Below, piece after piece: positions 51,313 through 60,733 of a stretch of DNA of 64,000 bases (positions are counted from its first letter, which is position 1; each line of letters begins with the position of its first letter). Below the pieces are notes generated by a model that did no database searches, was not told the origin of the DNA, and was given only the letters and a program-made list of their open reading frames with translations. Source of the DNA: an uncultured delta proteobacterium (GTDB lineage Bacteria; Myxococcota_A; UBA9160; SMWR01); NCBI GenBank assembly GCA_963832165.1, contig CAWHTE010000007.1, positions 896,001-960,000 of the forward strand, in the 5' to 3' direction. The position numbers and the translations under genes are program-made.

Positions 51313-51918
51313 GTGCGCGAGCTGCTGCCGGGCATCTCGACGTGGGGGCGGCTCTCGGAGCGCCACGGCTACGACTTCAACGGCACGCTCGTGCTGCACG
51401 CCGATGGGAACCTCTGCATCGACCCGGTCGAGCCCGACGCGGCGACTCTCGATCGGCTCGCCGAGCTCGGCGTCGCGCGCGTGCTGCTCACGAATCGCAA
51501 CCACGCGCGCGCTGCGAACACGGTGCGCGAGCGCACGGGCGCCACCGTGGCGATCCACGCCGCCGACGCGGACTACGCGCGCGGACAGGGTGCGCAGGTC
51601 GACGCGGAGCTCGCGGTGGGTGAGCGCGTGGGCCCGTTCACGGTCGTCGGCGTGCCCGGCAAGTCGCCCGGAGAGGTCGCGCTCTTCGACCCCGCGCGCA
51701 AGATCCTCGTGGTGGGTGATGCCGTGATCGGGAATCCCCCGGCGAAGCTCTCGCTGCTCTCCGAGCGCGTGATGGACGATCCGGCGCTCTTGCGCGCGAG
51801 CCTGCGCCGCCTGCTCGAGCTCGACTTCGATGCGATCGTGGTGGGAGACGGCGTGCCGATCCTCACGGGCGCGCACGAGCGATTGCGCGAGCTCGTGGCG
51901 GGCCTTCCGTCTCCCTAG
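51313..51918 (+). CDS. MBL-fold protein with degenerate metal motifs
   Basis: LCIDP, LLTNRNHAR, VPGKSPGE, VVGDAV, VVGDG. Confidence 0.7.
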   Translation: MRELLPGISTWGRLSERHGYDFNGTLVLHADGNLCIDPVEPDAATLDRLAELGVARVLLTNRNHARAANTVRERTGATVAIHAADADYARGQGAQVDAELAVGERVGPFTVVGVPGKSPGEVALFDPARKILVVGDAVIGNPPAKLSLLSERVMDDPALLRASLRRLLELDFDAIVVGDGVPILTGAHERLRELVAGLPSP

Positions 51919-53026
51919 GCCGCGATCGTACTTCGTCGACCGCGATCTTCCCGATCGCGAGCATGGGCGCCGCGACGATCGCCCCGGCGACGCCCCACAG
52001 CCAGGACCCGAGCGCTACCGCGATCAGCAGCGCGATCGGATCGAGCGCGAGCCGCCGCCCGAGCAGCGCCGGAGTGATTGCCATGTTCTCGACCCCATTC
52101 AGGATGATGTAGGTGAGCGGCACGAGCAGCGCTCTCCCGGTGTCGTCGAAGCTGATCAGCGCAACGCCCGTGAGCACGATCGTGGTGACGAAAGCCCCCA
52201 GATAGGGCACGAAGTTGAGCACGCCGGCCATCACCCCCCAGAGCAACGGGCTCGGCATGCGCAGGAACCACATCGCGATCCAGACCGCGGACCCGAGGCC
52301 GATGTTCACGACCAGAACCGTGAGCAGATATCGCGAGACCTGTTGCTCGGCCTCATCGAGGAGTGTCTTCGCCGAGCTGCGCGACGCGTCTGGGATCGCG
52401 CGCGCGAGGAGGTCGGTGAGCGGCTTGCTCGAGGCGAGCAGGAAGTAGAGCAGGGAGAAGCTCAGCGCGAAGCCGATCAACAGCGATCGCGCACTCGCGA
52501 CCACGATCGTCGCAAAGCTGTGATCCTGGACGGCGACTTCCGGCTCGGCTCCCTTGAGCGAGGCGATATCGGCCACCCTCGCGGTGGCCTCGGCCACGCG
52601 TTCGATCGGGCGCCAGAGCGACTGGACCTTCTGCTCGATCTCGCGGAGCGTGTGCGGAGCGCGCTCCAGCCACTCGGACGCCGGAGCCGACAGCACCGAG
52701 ACACCGAACGCGATCGCGGTCAACGCTCCTATCACCACGATCCCGGCGCCGACCGGGGTGGGAATGCGCGCGCGGTACAGCGCGCGGACCACTGGCCGCA
52801 GTGCCGCGCTCGCGAGCAGCGCGATCGCGATCGGAAGGAAAATCTGCGAGGCGTCGCGCAGCGCGTTCAGTCCCAGCAGCACCGCGATCGCGATCAGACA
52901 GACCGATTGCACAGATTGCAAGTCGAAGCGCCGCAGCGGCGGCGCACGCCGCTCGTCACGCGCACGCTCGGTGCCCGGATGCACGATCTCGGCAGCCGAC
53001 GGCGGTCGCTCGGATTCGGGGAACAT
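51863..53026 (-). CDS. AI-2E family transporter
   Basis: FLPIAIALL, QVSRYL..NIGLG, LWGVMAGVLNFVPYLG, WLWGVAGAIVAAP. Confidence 0.88.
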   Translation of the reverse strand: MFPESERPPSAAEIVHPGTERARDERRAPPLRRFDLQSVQSVCLIAIAVLLGLNALRDASQIFLPIAIALLASAALRPVVRALYRARIPTPVGAGIVVIGALTAIAFGVSVLSAPASEWLERAPHTLREIEQKVQSLWRPIERVAEATARVADIASLKGAEPEVAVQDHSFATIVVASARSLLIGFALSFSLLYFLLASSKPLTDLLARAIPDASRSSAKTLLDEAEQQVSRYLLTVLVVNIGLGSAVWIAMWFLRMPSPLLWGVMAGVLNFVPYLGAFVTTIVLTGVALISFDDTGRALLVPLTYIILNGVENMAITPALLGRRLALDPIALLIAVALGSWLWGVAGAIVAAPMLAIGKIAVDEVRSRPRETEGPPRARAIARARP

Positions 53027-53070
53027 CGACGTCCTTCTTGCGAGTATGTGAATTCGCTTCGATCCGTCAC

Positions 53071-53086
53071 CGCAAGATGCGCGCCA
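53071..53086 (-). promoter_or_regulatory. Sigma54 (-24/-12) promoter for the AI-2E gene
   Basis: Minus strand TGGCGC-GCATC-TTGCG, exact GG-N10-GC, 45 bp upstream of the start. Confidence 0.65.
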
Positions 53087-53157
53087 AGAGCGACCTGTTG
53101 TTCGATAGCGCTTTGTAGAATCTTCTTCGCGCGCCGAACTGTCGATGCGCGCGCGGC

Positions 53158-53173
53158 AGGCATGAGTCTTGCT
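53158..53173 (+). promoter_or_regulatory. Sigma54 (-24/-12) promoter for the nucleotidyltransferase operon
   Basis: AGGCAT-GAGTC-TTGCT, exact GG-N10-GC. Confidence 0.6.
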
Positions 53174-53185
53174 CCGTACGATCAC

Positions 53186-53827
53186 ATGAGTGAATCGGAG
53201 CGTCCGGGAAGCGCGTGCCACGAGGGCAGCGCCGGCGGGATCGATCAGCTCACCGAGGTGATGGGGGAAGCCGTTCGGGCGTTCGACAAGAACGCGATCG
53301 ATTACCTGTTGATCGGCGGCCAGGCCTCCGCTCTGCTCGGACGGCCGCGCTGCTCGAGCGACATCGATCTGTTCGTGACGCCCGAAGACGCACCCCCTGC
53401 GCTCGACGCGCTCGATCGCGCGGGCTTTCGCACCACGCGCGTCAACCCGCACTGGCTGTACAAGGCGTTCCGCCGCGACATCCTGGTGGATCTGTTGTTC
53501 AAGGTGCGCGGCGAGATCTATCTCGACCAGGAGATGCTGCGCCGGTCCACGGTGCACCGATTCCGCGGCACCACTCCGGTGCGCGTCGTTCCGCCCGAGG
53601 ACCTGATCGTGATGAAGGCGATCGTCCACGACGAGGAGACGCCGCGGCACTGGGGCGATGCGCTCGCGATCCTGCCGGTGACCGACCTGGATTGGGACTA
53701 TCTGCTGACTCGGTCGCAGCGCGCGCCGCGGCGCATGCTCTCCTTCCTCTGTTATGCGTCATCGGTCGATCTGCCCGTCCCGAGGGACGTGTTGCGTCGC
53801 CTCGGCCGTCAGGTGTTCGATGGGTGA
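53186..53827 (+). CDS. Pol-beta superfamily nucleotidyltransferase family protein
   Basis: YLLIGGQAS..RCSSDIDLFV, WLYKA..LVDLLF, VPPEDLIVMK, LDWDYL. Start uncertain. Confidence 0.78.
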   Translation: MSESERPGSACHEGSAGGIDQLTEVMGEAVRAFDKNAIDYLLIGGQASALLGRPRCSSDIDLFVTPEDAPPALDALDRAGFRTTRVNPHWLYKAFRRDILVDLLFKVRGEIYLDQEMLRRSTVHRFRGTTPVRVVPPEDLIVMKAIVHDEETPRHWGDALAILPVTDLDWDYLLTRSQRAPRRMLSFLCYASSVDLPVPRDVLRRLGRQVFDG

Positions 53828-54080
53828 CGACCGCGCAGCCGAACGGGCCCAGCTCGTCGCGAGAATTCGCGATGCGCTGGCCCGGGGTGAAGGCGAGTTG
53901 GGCCTCGATGTGACCGTCGACGATGACGGCGTGGTGACGCTGCGCGGCGTCGTGCAGTCGAACGAGCGCCGCTGGCGGATCGAAGCCCTCTCACGCCTGC
54001 TCTCGAGGGGGCTCCTGGTCGTGAACGAGATCACGGTCCTTCCACCCGAGTCACCGGATAGACCGGAGACGCTCCAGTGA
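53820..54080 (+). CDS. Single BON-domain protein
   Basis: RIRDAL..LDVTVDDDGVVTLRGVV..VVNEITV; overlaps both neighbours. Confidence 0.75.
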   Translation: MGDDRAAERAQLVARIRDALARGEGELGLDVTVDDDGVVTLRGVVQSNERRWRIEALSRLLSRGLLVVNEITVLPPESPDRPETLQ

Positions 54081-54832
54081 TCCGCGTCGCCGCGGTCGGC
54101 GACCTCCACGTCGGAACCGATGCGTGCGCCCGCTGGCGCGACGCGCTGAAGCCCGTGTCGGACGACGCCGACGTGCTGCTGTTGGCCGGCGACCTGACCC
54201 GGATCGGCACCACCGAAGAGGGCGTAGCCGTCGCGACTGCACTCGAGCTCGTGTCGATTCCGATCTTCGCCGTGCTGGGCAATCACGACTATCACAGCGA
54301 CCGCGAGGCCGACATTCGCCGCCTCTTGTCGTCGCGCGGCGTGCGCGTACTGGAGGGCACCGCCGCAACCGTCCAGGTCGGGAGTGCGCGCATCGGCATC
54401 GCGGGCTCGAAGGGTTTCGGTGGCGGCTTCGCGAACGCATGCGGCAGCGATTTCGGCGAGCCCGAGATGAAGGCGTTCATCCGGCACACGGCCATGCTCG
54501 CGGGCCGGCTCCGGCGCGCGCTCGAGGAGCTCGACACGGATCTGCGCGTGGCGCTGCTGCACTACTCGCCGATTCCCGAGACGTTGCAGGGCGAGCACCT
54601 GCAGATCTACCCGTTCCTGGGCAGCTATCTGCTCGGTGAGGCCATCGACGCCGCGGGCGCCGATCTCGTCGTGCACGGCCATGCGCACTCGGGCAGCGAG
54701 AAGGGCGTCACGCCCGGCGGCATATGCGTGCGCAACGTCGCGCAGCCGGTGATCCACTCGGCCTATCGCGTGTATTGCTTCAACGAGCGCGGCGAGGTCA
54801 AGTGCGCCGAACCTGCGGCGAGGAGAGCCTAG
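54077..54832 (+). CDS. Calcineurin-like metallophosphoesterase
   Basis: GDLH, AGDLT, LGNHD, LLHYSP, HGHAH. Confidence 0.9.
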   Translation: MIRVAAVGDLHVGTDACARWRDALKPVSDDADVLLLAGDLTRIGTTEEGVAVATALELVSIPIFAVLGNHDYHSDREADIRRLLSSRGVRVLEGTAATVQVGSARIGIAGSKGFGGGFANACGSDFGEPEMKAFIRHTAMLAGRLRRALEELDTDLRVALLHYSPIPETLQGEHLQIYPFLGSYLLGEAIDAAGADLVVHGHAHSGSEKGVTPGGICVRNVAQPVIHSAYRVYCFNERGEVKCAEPAARRA

Positions 54833-54844
54833 GAGGAGGACCCA

Positions 54845-55912
54845 GTGCGCATCGCGCAGATCGCACCGCTGTACGAGAGTGTGCCCCCGCTCGGCTATGG
54901 GGGAACGGAGCGCGTGGTGTCGTACCTGACCGAGGCGCTTCAGGCAGGACGACACCAGGTGACGCTGTTTGCGAGCGGAGATGCGCGCACGAGCGCACAG
55001 CTCTGTGCGGGCGCGCCGCGTGCGCTGCGGCTCGATCCGCAGCGCGGCGACCCCGTGGCGCTCCACCTGTTGATGATCGAACGGGCGTTCGAGCGCGCGA
55101 GCGAGTTCGATGTGATCCACGCGCACCTCGACTACCTGACCTTCCCGGTGGCGCGGCGCTGTGAGGTGCCCGTCGTCACGACGCTGCACGGACGCCTCGA
55201 TCTTCCGTGGATCGCGCCCGTGTACCGGGAGTTCACCGAGCAGCGGCTCGTGTCGATCTCCAGAGCGCAGCGCGCGCAGCTGCCCGAAGGCAACTGGGTC
55301 GGGACCGTCCACCACGGCCTGCCGCACGATCTCTATCGCTTCCACCCCGACGCGGGCCGCTACATGGCGTTCGTGGGCAGGATCTCCGTGGAGAAGCGAG
55401 TGGACCGTGCGGTGGAGGTCGCTGCCCGTTCGGGCGTTCCGCTGCGGATCGCGGCGAAGGTCGATCCGAGCGACGAGGAGTACTTCCGCGCCCACGTCGA
55501 GCCGCTGCTCGATCATCCGCTCGTGGAATACGTGGGCGAGCTCGGCGACGCCGACAAGGACGACTTCATCGGCAACGCCGCGGCGCTCTTGTTCCCGATC
55601 GACTGGCCCGAGCCGTTCGGTCTCGCAATGATCGAGGCGCTCGCCTGCGGAACGCCCGTGATCGCCTGGCCGCACGGCGCCGTGCCCGAAATCATCGAGG
55701 ACGGCGTGTCGGGGCGGATCGTCGACAGCGTGGAGTCGGCCGCGCGCGCGATTGCAGAGATCGACCAGATCGATCGGCGCCGATGCCGCGCCGAGTTCGA
55801 GCTGCGTTTCACGGCCGAGCGCATGGCGCGCGACTACGTGAAGCTCTATACGAAGGTGATCTCCGGTTGCGGCCCGAGAGGCCGCGAAGCCGACGCACAA
55901 TGCATCGCGTAG
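54845..55912 (+). CDS. Glycosyltransferase family 4
   Basis: MRIAQIAPLYESVPPLGYGGTERVV, FVGRISVEK, WPEPFGLAMIEALACGTPV. Confidence 0.92.
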   Translation: MRIAQIAPLYESVPPLGYGGTERVVSYLTEALQAGRHQVTLFASGDARTSAQLCAGAPRALRLDPQRGDPVALHLLMIERAFERASEFDVIHAHLDYLTFPVARRCEVPVVTTLHGRLDLPWIAPVYREFTEQRLVSISRAQRAQLPEGNWVGTVHHGLPHDLYRFHPDAGRYMAFVGRISVEKRVDRAVEVAARSGVPLRIAAKVDPSDEEYFRAHVEPLLDHPLVEYVGELGDADKDDFIGNAAALLFPIDWPEPFGLAMIEALACGTPVIAWPHGAVPEIIEDGVSGRIVDSVESAARAIAEIDQIDRRRCRAEFELRFTAERMARDYVKLYTKVISGCGPRGREADAQCIA

Positions 55913-58062
55913 ATCCTTCCGGTCAGGCGTACGAGATCGTCTCTCCGCCCGCACCGATCGGCGACGACCGTACCCTCGTGCTCGCGAGTGGGGATACGTT
56001 CGCGATCTTCGATCGCCACGGAGAGATGCACCCTGCGCCCGCATCGCGCCACGGCCTCTACTCGGGTGGGACGCGCTTTCTCTCGGGCCTCTGGGTGCAC
56101 ATCGCGGGGTTCCGGCCGCTCCTGCTCTCGTCGGGCGTGCGCCATCGCGAAGGCGGCGCGTTCGTGCACGAGACGAATCCAGGCGTGCAGGGCGAGGACC
56201 TGCAGCTCGCGCGCGACCAGGTCCACGTCATACGCCGCATGCGTCTCGAGGACGGGCTGTGCGAGATCGAGCTGTCGTTGCGCAGCTACGCGAGCTCCGC
56301 GATCCGCATTCCGATCCGCATCGGGTTCACCTGCGACCACGCCGACGTGTTCGAGGTGCGCGGCGCACGCCGCGAGCAGCGCGGACGGCCGATCACGCCC
56401 GAGATCTCGAAGGGCGCGGTGTCGCTCGGCTACCTGGGTCTAGATGGTGTGGTTCGCACGACGCAGCTCGACTTCGATCCGGCGCCGGCGCGCGTGAGTG
56501 CGGGATCGGCCGAGTGGATCGCGTCGCTCGCTCCCGGAGAGCGCATGAAGATCGGGATTCGGATCGCGTGCGCGCTGCGCGAGGGAGAGAAATTCCGCGC
56601 GCCCGGCCGTTATGCCATCCGCAACGGCGGAACGCCGCGAGACGGCCTGGAGGTTCGTCTCTCGACCTCGAGCCCCGCGATGAACGCGTGGATCCGCCGC
56701 TCGGCGGGCGATCTCGCGATGCTGACCGCCGCGACCGCGCATGGACCGATGCCCTACGCGGGGATCCCGTGGTTCTGCACTCCGTTCGGTCGCGATTCGC
56801 TGATCGTCGCCCTGGAGACACTCTGGATCGAACCGGAGCTCACGCGCGGCGTGCTGCGCTTCCTCGCGGCACATCAAGCCGATGCGGACGACCCCGAGCG
56901 CGACGCCGAACCGGGAAAGATCATCCACGAGATGCGCAGCGGAGAGATGGCGGCGCTGCGCGAGATTCCGTTCGAACGCTACTACGGCAGCGTCGATGCG
57001 ACGCCGCTGTTTGCGATGGTGGCCGCCGCATATTTCGAGCGCACGGGCGATCTCGCGCTGCTTCGCGAGCTGTGGCCTCACCTCGAACGCGCGCTCGCGT
57101 GGATCGACGGCCCGGGCGATCCGGACGGCGATGGCTTCGTCGAGTATCAGCGCCGATCGACTCGCGGGCTCACGAACCAGGGATGGAAGGATTCGTGGGA
57201 TTCGATCATGCACGCGGACGGGAGCCTCGCTGAAGGGCCGATCGCGCTCTGTGAGGTGCAGGCCTATGTGTACGGGGCGCGCTCCGGGCTCGCGCGCGCG
57301 GCGAGCCACCTGGGCCACCACGAGCGGGCCGCGCAGCTCGCGAGTGCCGCCGAGAGGATGCGCAGCGCGTTCGCGGATGCGTTCTGGTGCGAAGAGCTCG
57401 ACACCTATGCGATCGCGCTCGACGGCGACAAGCGCATCTGCCGCGTGCGGAGCTCGAACGCGGGTCACGTGCTGCTCACGGGGCTCGCGCGACCCGAGCA
57501 CGCCGAAGCCGTCGGCCGCACGCTGTTGTCGCCGGAACTCTTCTCGGGTTGGGGCGTGCGCACGCTCGCGACCTCGGCCCCGCGCTACAACCCGATGTCG
57601 TATCACGACGGCTCGGTGTGGCCGCACGACAACGCGCTGATCGCGGCGGGCCTCGCGCGTTACGGAGACACCCGCGCGGCGGCCACGATCGCGAGCGCGC
57701 TGTTCGACGCATGCCGCGCGCTCGAGGACGATCGCCTGCCCGAGCTCTTGTGCGGCTTCGATCGCCACCTCGGAGAGCCGCCGACTCTCTACCCGACGGC
57801 CTGCTCGCCGCAGGCGTGGGCGTCGGGCGCGGTGTTCCTGCTGCTCCAGGCCCTGCTCGGGCTGGCGATCGACGCCGAGGCGGGCACGATCGAGTTCGCG
57901 CAGCCCGCGCTGCCCGCGGAGGTCGATGCGATCTCGATCCGCGGCCTCGAAATCGGCAGCGGCTCGGTCGACCTCTCGCTCACGCGAAGTGGCGATGCGC
58001 TCGACCTGCGAGTGCTCCGGCCGTGCGAGGGGATCGACGTGCGGGTCAGCCGGACGCGCTGA
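55900..58062 (+). CDS. Amylo-alpha-1,6-glucosidase / glycogen-debranching family protein
   Basis: AGIPWFCTPFGRDSL, EPGKIIHEMR, YYGSVDATPLF, NQGWKDS, YHDGSVWPHDN, PQAWA. Confidence 0.9.
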   Translation: MHRVDPSGQAYEIVSPPAPIGDDRTLVLASGDTFAIFDRHGEMHPAPASRHGLYSGGTRFLSGLWVHIAGFRPLLLSSGVRHREGGAFVHETNPGVQGEDLQLARDQVHVIRRMRLEDGLCEIELSLRSYASSAIRIPIRIGFTCDHADVFEVRGARREQRGRPITPEISKGAVSLGYLGLDGVVRTTQLDFDPAPARVSAGSAEWIASLAPGERMKIGIRIACALREGEKFRAPGRYAIRNGGTPRDGLEVRLSTSSPAMNAWIRRSAGDLAMLTAATAHGPMPYAGIPWFCTPFGRDSLIVALETLWIEPELTRGVLRFLAAHQADADDPERDAEPGKIIHEMRSGEMAALREIPFERYYGSVDATPLFAMVAAAYFERTGDLALLRELWPHLERALAWIDGPGDPDGDGFVEYQRRSTRGLTNQGWKDSWDSIMHADGSLAEGPIALCEVQAYVYGARSGLARAASHLGHHERAAQLASAAERMRSAFADAFWCEELDTYAIALDGDKRICRVRSSNAGHVLLTGLARPEHAEAVGRTLLSPELFSGWGVRTLATSAPRYNPMSYHDGSVWPHDNALIAAGLARYGDTRAAATIASALFDACRALEDDRLPELLCGFDRHLGEPPTLYPTACSPQAWASGAVFLLLQALLGLAIDAEAGTIEFAQPALPAEVDAISIRGLEIGSGSVDLSLTRSGDALDLRVLRPCEGIDVRVSRTR

Positions 58063-58308
58063 ATCTCTTCTGGTCCGCCGAGTCCGCGGCCGCTTCGGCG
58101 ATGGCTCGCGCCCTGCGACACCGGACAGGCTCGACAGGCGCCGTCTTTCGGTACATGCGCTGGCTCCTGCTCCGTAGGGTCGTATGGGCGCGGCGTCGGC
58201 CGCGAACTCGGCGGTGCCGTGCACCAGTGCAAGCGAAGTGCCAGCGACTCGAGACGCAATCCGGCTCGCGCGGGCGATGCGGGACACCGCGCGGCGAGGT
58301 CAGTGGTG

Positions 58309-58385
58309 CGCAATTTCTACATTGCGATGCGCGCGCCGATTCAGTTCGGCGTCGACCGAGGCGCGATCGCGGCACATCACTTGCA
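58309..58385 (+). promoter_or_regulatory. Sigma54 promoter with upstream inverted repeat (candidate activator site)
   Basis: CGGCAC-ATCAC-TTGCA at 58370-58385; inverted repeat CGCAAT-N6-ATTGCG at 58309-58326. Confidence 0.7.
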
Positions 58386-58428
58386 ACCCTCGCAGCCAGT
58401 AATGCGAGAAGACAAGGGAGAACGAATC

Positions 58429-58941
58429 ATGGCAGGCAAGGCAGTCGTGGGCATCGTGAAGAGCGAGCTCGAGGCCGCGCAGATCTTCGAGGACCTCCAG
58501 GAAGCGGAATTCGAAAATGCCGACATTTCGATCCTGATCCCGGAAGGGAACGGAGTCGGTCACGAGAAGGCGACCAAGATGCCGGAAGGCGCCGCTGCCG
58601 GAGCGGCCGCAGGAGGCGTGCTAGGTGGAACGCTGGGACTGTTGGTGGGCGTCGGCTCGCTCGCGATACCGGGTCTCGGCGCATTCATCGCCGCCGGACC
58701 GATCATGGCGGCGCTCGGCGGTGCTGCCGCGGGCGCGACGGCAGGTGGATTGACCGGAGCTCTGGTCGGGCTCGGAATTCCCGAGTACGAGGCGAAGCAG
58801 TACGAGTCGAGAATGATGGAAGGCAACCTGCTGATCTCGGTGCACACCGACTATGACGATCAGCGCGCGATCGCGCGCGAGATCTTCGAGCGCAATGGAG
58901 CCCAGGCCATAGCGACTTCGAGCCTGAGCACTCCGCGTTAG
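58429..58941 (+). CDS. General stress protein-like, glycine-zipper membrane protein
   Basis: DISIL, EGAAAGAAAGGVLGGTLGLLVGVGSLAIPGLGAFIAAGP, LGIPEYEAKQYE, LISVH. Confidence 0.8.
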   Translation: MAGKAVVGIVKSELEAAQIFEDLQEAEFENADISILIPEGNGVGHEKATKMPEGAAAGAAAGGVLGGTLGLLVGVGSLAIPGLGAFIAAGPIMAALGGAAAGATAGGLTGALVGLGIPEYEAKQYESRMMEGNLLISVHTDYDDQRAIAREIFERNGAQAIATSSLSTPR

Positions 58942-59582
58942 GCGGCGAGTCGCTGCTGGTGCTCCCCGAGCACCTTCTGCCAGGCAGGACGCGACTCGCA
59001 ACGCGCGAGATAGGCGGCGACCTTGGGCACGGCGTCGAGGAGATCGGTCTGCTGCAGCATGCGCAGCACGGTCGCCATCAGGATGTCGGGCGCGCTGAAT
59101 TCGGGACCGGCGACGTAGGGATGGAGCGCGAAGCGGGCTTCGAGCGTCGCGAGGCGCTTCTTCACCTGCTCGACGACGGCGGGTCGGCGCTGCCGTGACC
59201 ACGGCTGCTCCGCGAAGAACGCGTCCATGACGAACAGCTCCGCGACCGCAGGCTCGACCGTGTTGACGGCGGCGAATGCCCACTGTGTGGCGAGGGCGCG
59301 TCCCTCGCGCGTCTGCGGCAGCAGGTGGCCCGCCTTCTCGGCGACGTAGAGGACGATCGCGGCCGACTCGAAGAGTGTGAATCCGTCGTCGTCGATCGAG
59401 GGAATCTGACCGAACGGGTGGATCCGCGTGTAGTCGGGCTGCTTGAGCTCGCCGCGCTCGTAGTCCAGGCGCTGCAGCCGGTAGGGGAGTCCCGACTCCT
59501 CGAGTGCCCAGAGCGCGCGCAGGTCGCGCGTGACGTTGCGGACCGGAATGGGTGCGTTGCCGAACACGTAGACGGTGATCAT
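58938..59582 (-). CDS. Glutathione S-transferase family protein
   Basis: RALWALEESGLPY, HPFGQIP, LFESAAI, FSAPDI, RPAWQK. Confidence 0.9.
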   Translation of the reverse strand: MITVYVFGNAPIPVRNVTRDLRALWALEESGLPYRLQRLDYERGELKQPDYTRIHPFGQIPSIDDDGFTLFESAAIVLYVAEKAGHLLPQTREGRALATQWAFAAVNTVEPAVAELFVMDAFFAEQPWSRQRRPAVVEQVKKRLATLEARFALHPYVAGPEFSAPDILMATVLRMLQQTDLLDAVPKVAAYLARCESRPAWQKVLGEHQQRLAA

Positions 59583-59702
59583 GGCTGCTCCTCCGTATTT
59601 GTCTGAGCGAATTCCGCTCTGACGACGAACGAGCGAACCCGAGATCGACAGTCCCCACGGGAGAAACGCCAGAAAGAAACGAACGAGGATGCGCGGCTGG
59701 GC

Positions 59703-60629
59703 TCAGTGCTGGTGCCCGACGCGTACCTCGATGTCCGGGTGCGCGACCGCGAACGCGCGCAATTTGTGGAAGCTCGCCGCGCTCTGCTCGGGATCGGCGG
59801 AGTAGGTGCCCGGTTCGACGTCGTTGTCCCAGCCCCAGCGCGTGTGCGATGCGTCGCCCGTGAGCAGCACGGGGCCGCGCGCGGTCCTCACGAGATAGGC
59901 GGTGCTTCCGGGTGTGTGGCCCGGCACCCAGAGGGCCCACACGGTGCCGTCGCCGAATACGTCGACGACGCCGTCGAAGCGCCCGGCCGTGTCGGGAGTG
60001 AAATTCCACTCGCCCAGTGGCCCGTGTCCGTCGAGCAGCCGTTCGATGTTCGGGCGCAGGACCGGGTTCAGCATCGACTTCGGTGTCGTCTCGCCGGGCC
60101 CCGCGAAGATCGGCGTCGTCGGGGGGACGTCCGGCATGCCCATCACGTGATCGAGGTGGAGATGGGTCACGAACACGCCCGCGAGCGGACCACTCCGCGC
60201 GAGGAACGTCGCGAGATCGGTGCGCACGACGAGCTTCTCCTCGATCTCCATGTAGCTGGCGACGAGGCCGCGCACGGCGGCGCGGTCGGGATCGTGGACG
60301 GCGCGCTCGACACCCGTGTCGACGATGTACATGCCGCGCGTGGGATGCCGGATCACGTGGAACGGCACGACGATGGGCTCCGGCCGATCCGAGAGACCCG
60401 CCGCTCTTGCGTTGGGATGATCGAGATTCAACAGACCGGACAGCGGCACCGACCAATCGGCCGAATCGATGCTCTCGAGCTCGATCGGTCCCGGCCGATC
60501 GAGCACTGCGAGCAGGTCGTCGGAGGACCTCGCGACTCCGAGCGCGCTCGGGGTGGTCGCGTGGTGAGAGTAGGCGCAGCCGACGAGCAGCAGGACGAAC
60601 GCGACCGCGATCGGAGCCTTCATCCTCAT
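59703..60629 (-). CDS. MBL-fold metallohydrolase lipoprotein (AHL-lactonase-like)
   Basis: Lipobox LVGC; THLHLDH, DVFGDG, PGHTPG, LLTGDA, VGH. Confidence 0.85.
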   Translation of the reverse strand: MRMKAPIAVAFVLLLVGCAYSHHATTPSALGVARSSDDLLAVLDRPGPIELESIDSADWSVPLSGLLNLDHPNARAAGLSDRPEPIVVPFHVIRHPTRGMYIVDTGVERAVHDPDRAAVRGLVASYMEIEEKLVVRTDLATFLARSGPLAGVFVTHLHLDHVMGMPDVPPTTPIFAGPGETTPKSMLNPVLRPNIERLLDGHGPLGEWNFTPDTAGRFDGVVDVFGDGTVWALWVPGHTPGSTAYLVRTARGPVLLTGDASHTRWGWDNDVEPGTYSADPEQSAASFHKLRAFAVAHPDIEVRVGHQH

Positions 60630-60733
60630 CACGATGAGGGAGCGCGGCACCGACCGTCAAGGTGTAACTCCTCGCCTCTCGCCTATTCTCTGGCCCCATT
60701 GCACCGACCCCATCTCTCACTGGAGAACCCACA

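Noticed and set aside
58063..58428. Long intergenic region as possible ncRNA or riboswitch
   Set aside because: No recognisable RNA family motif; adequately explained by a sigma54 promoter with upstream activator sites.
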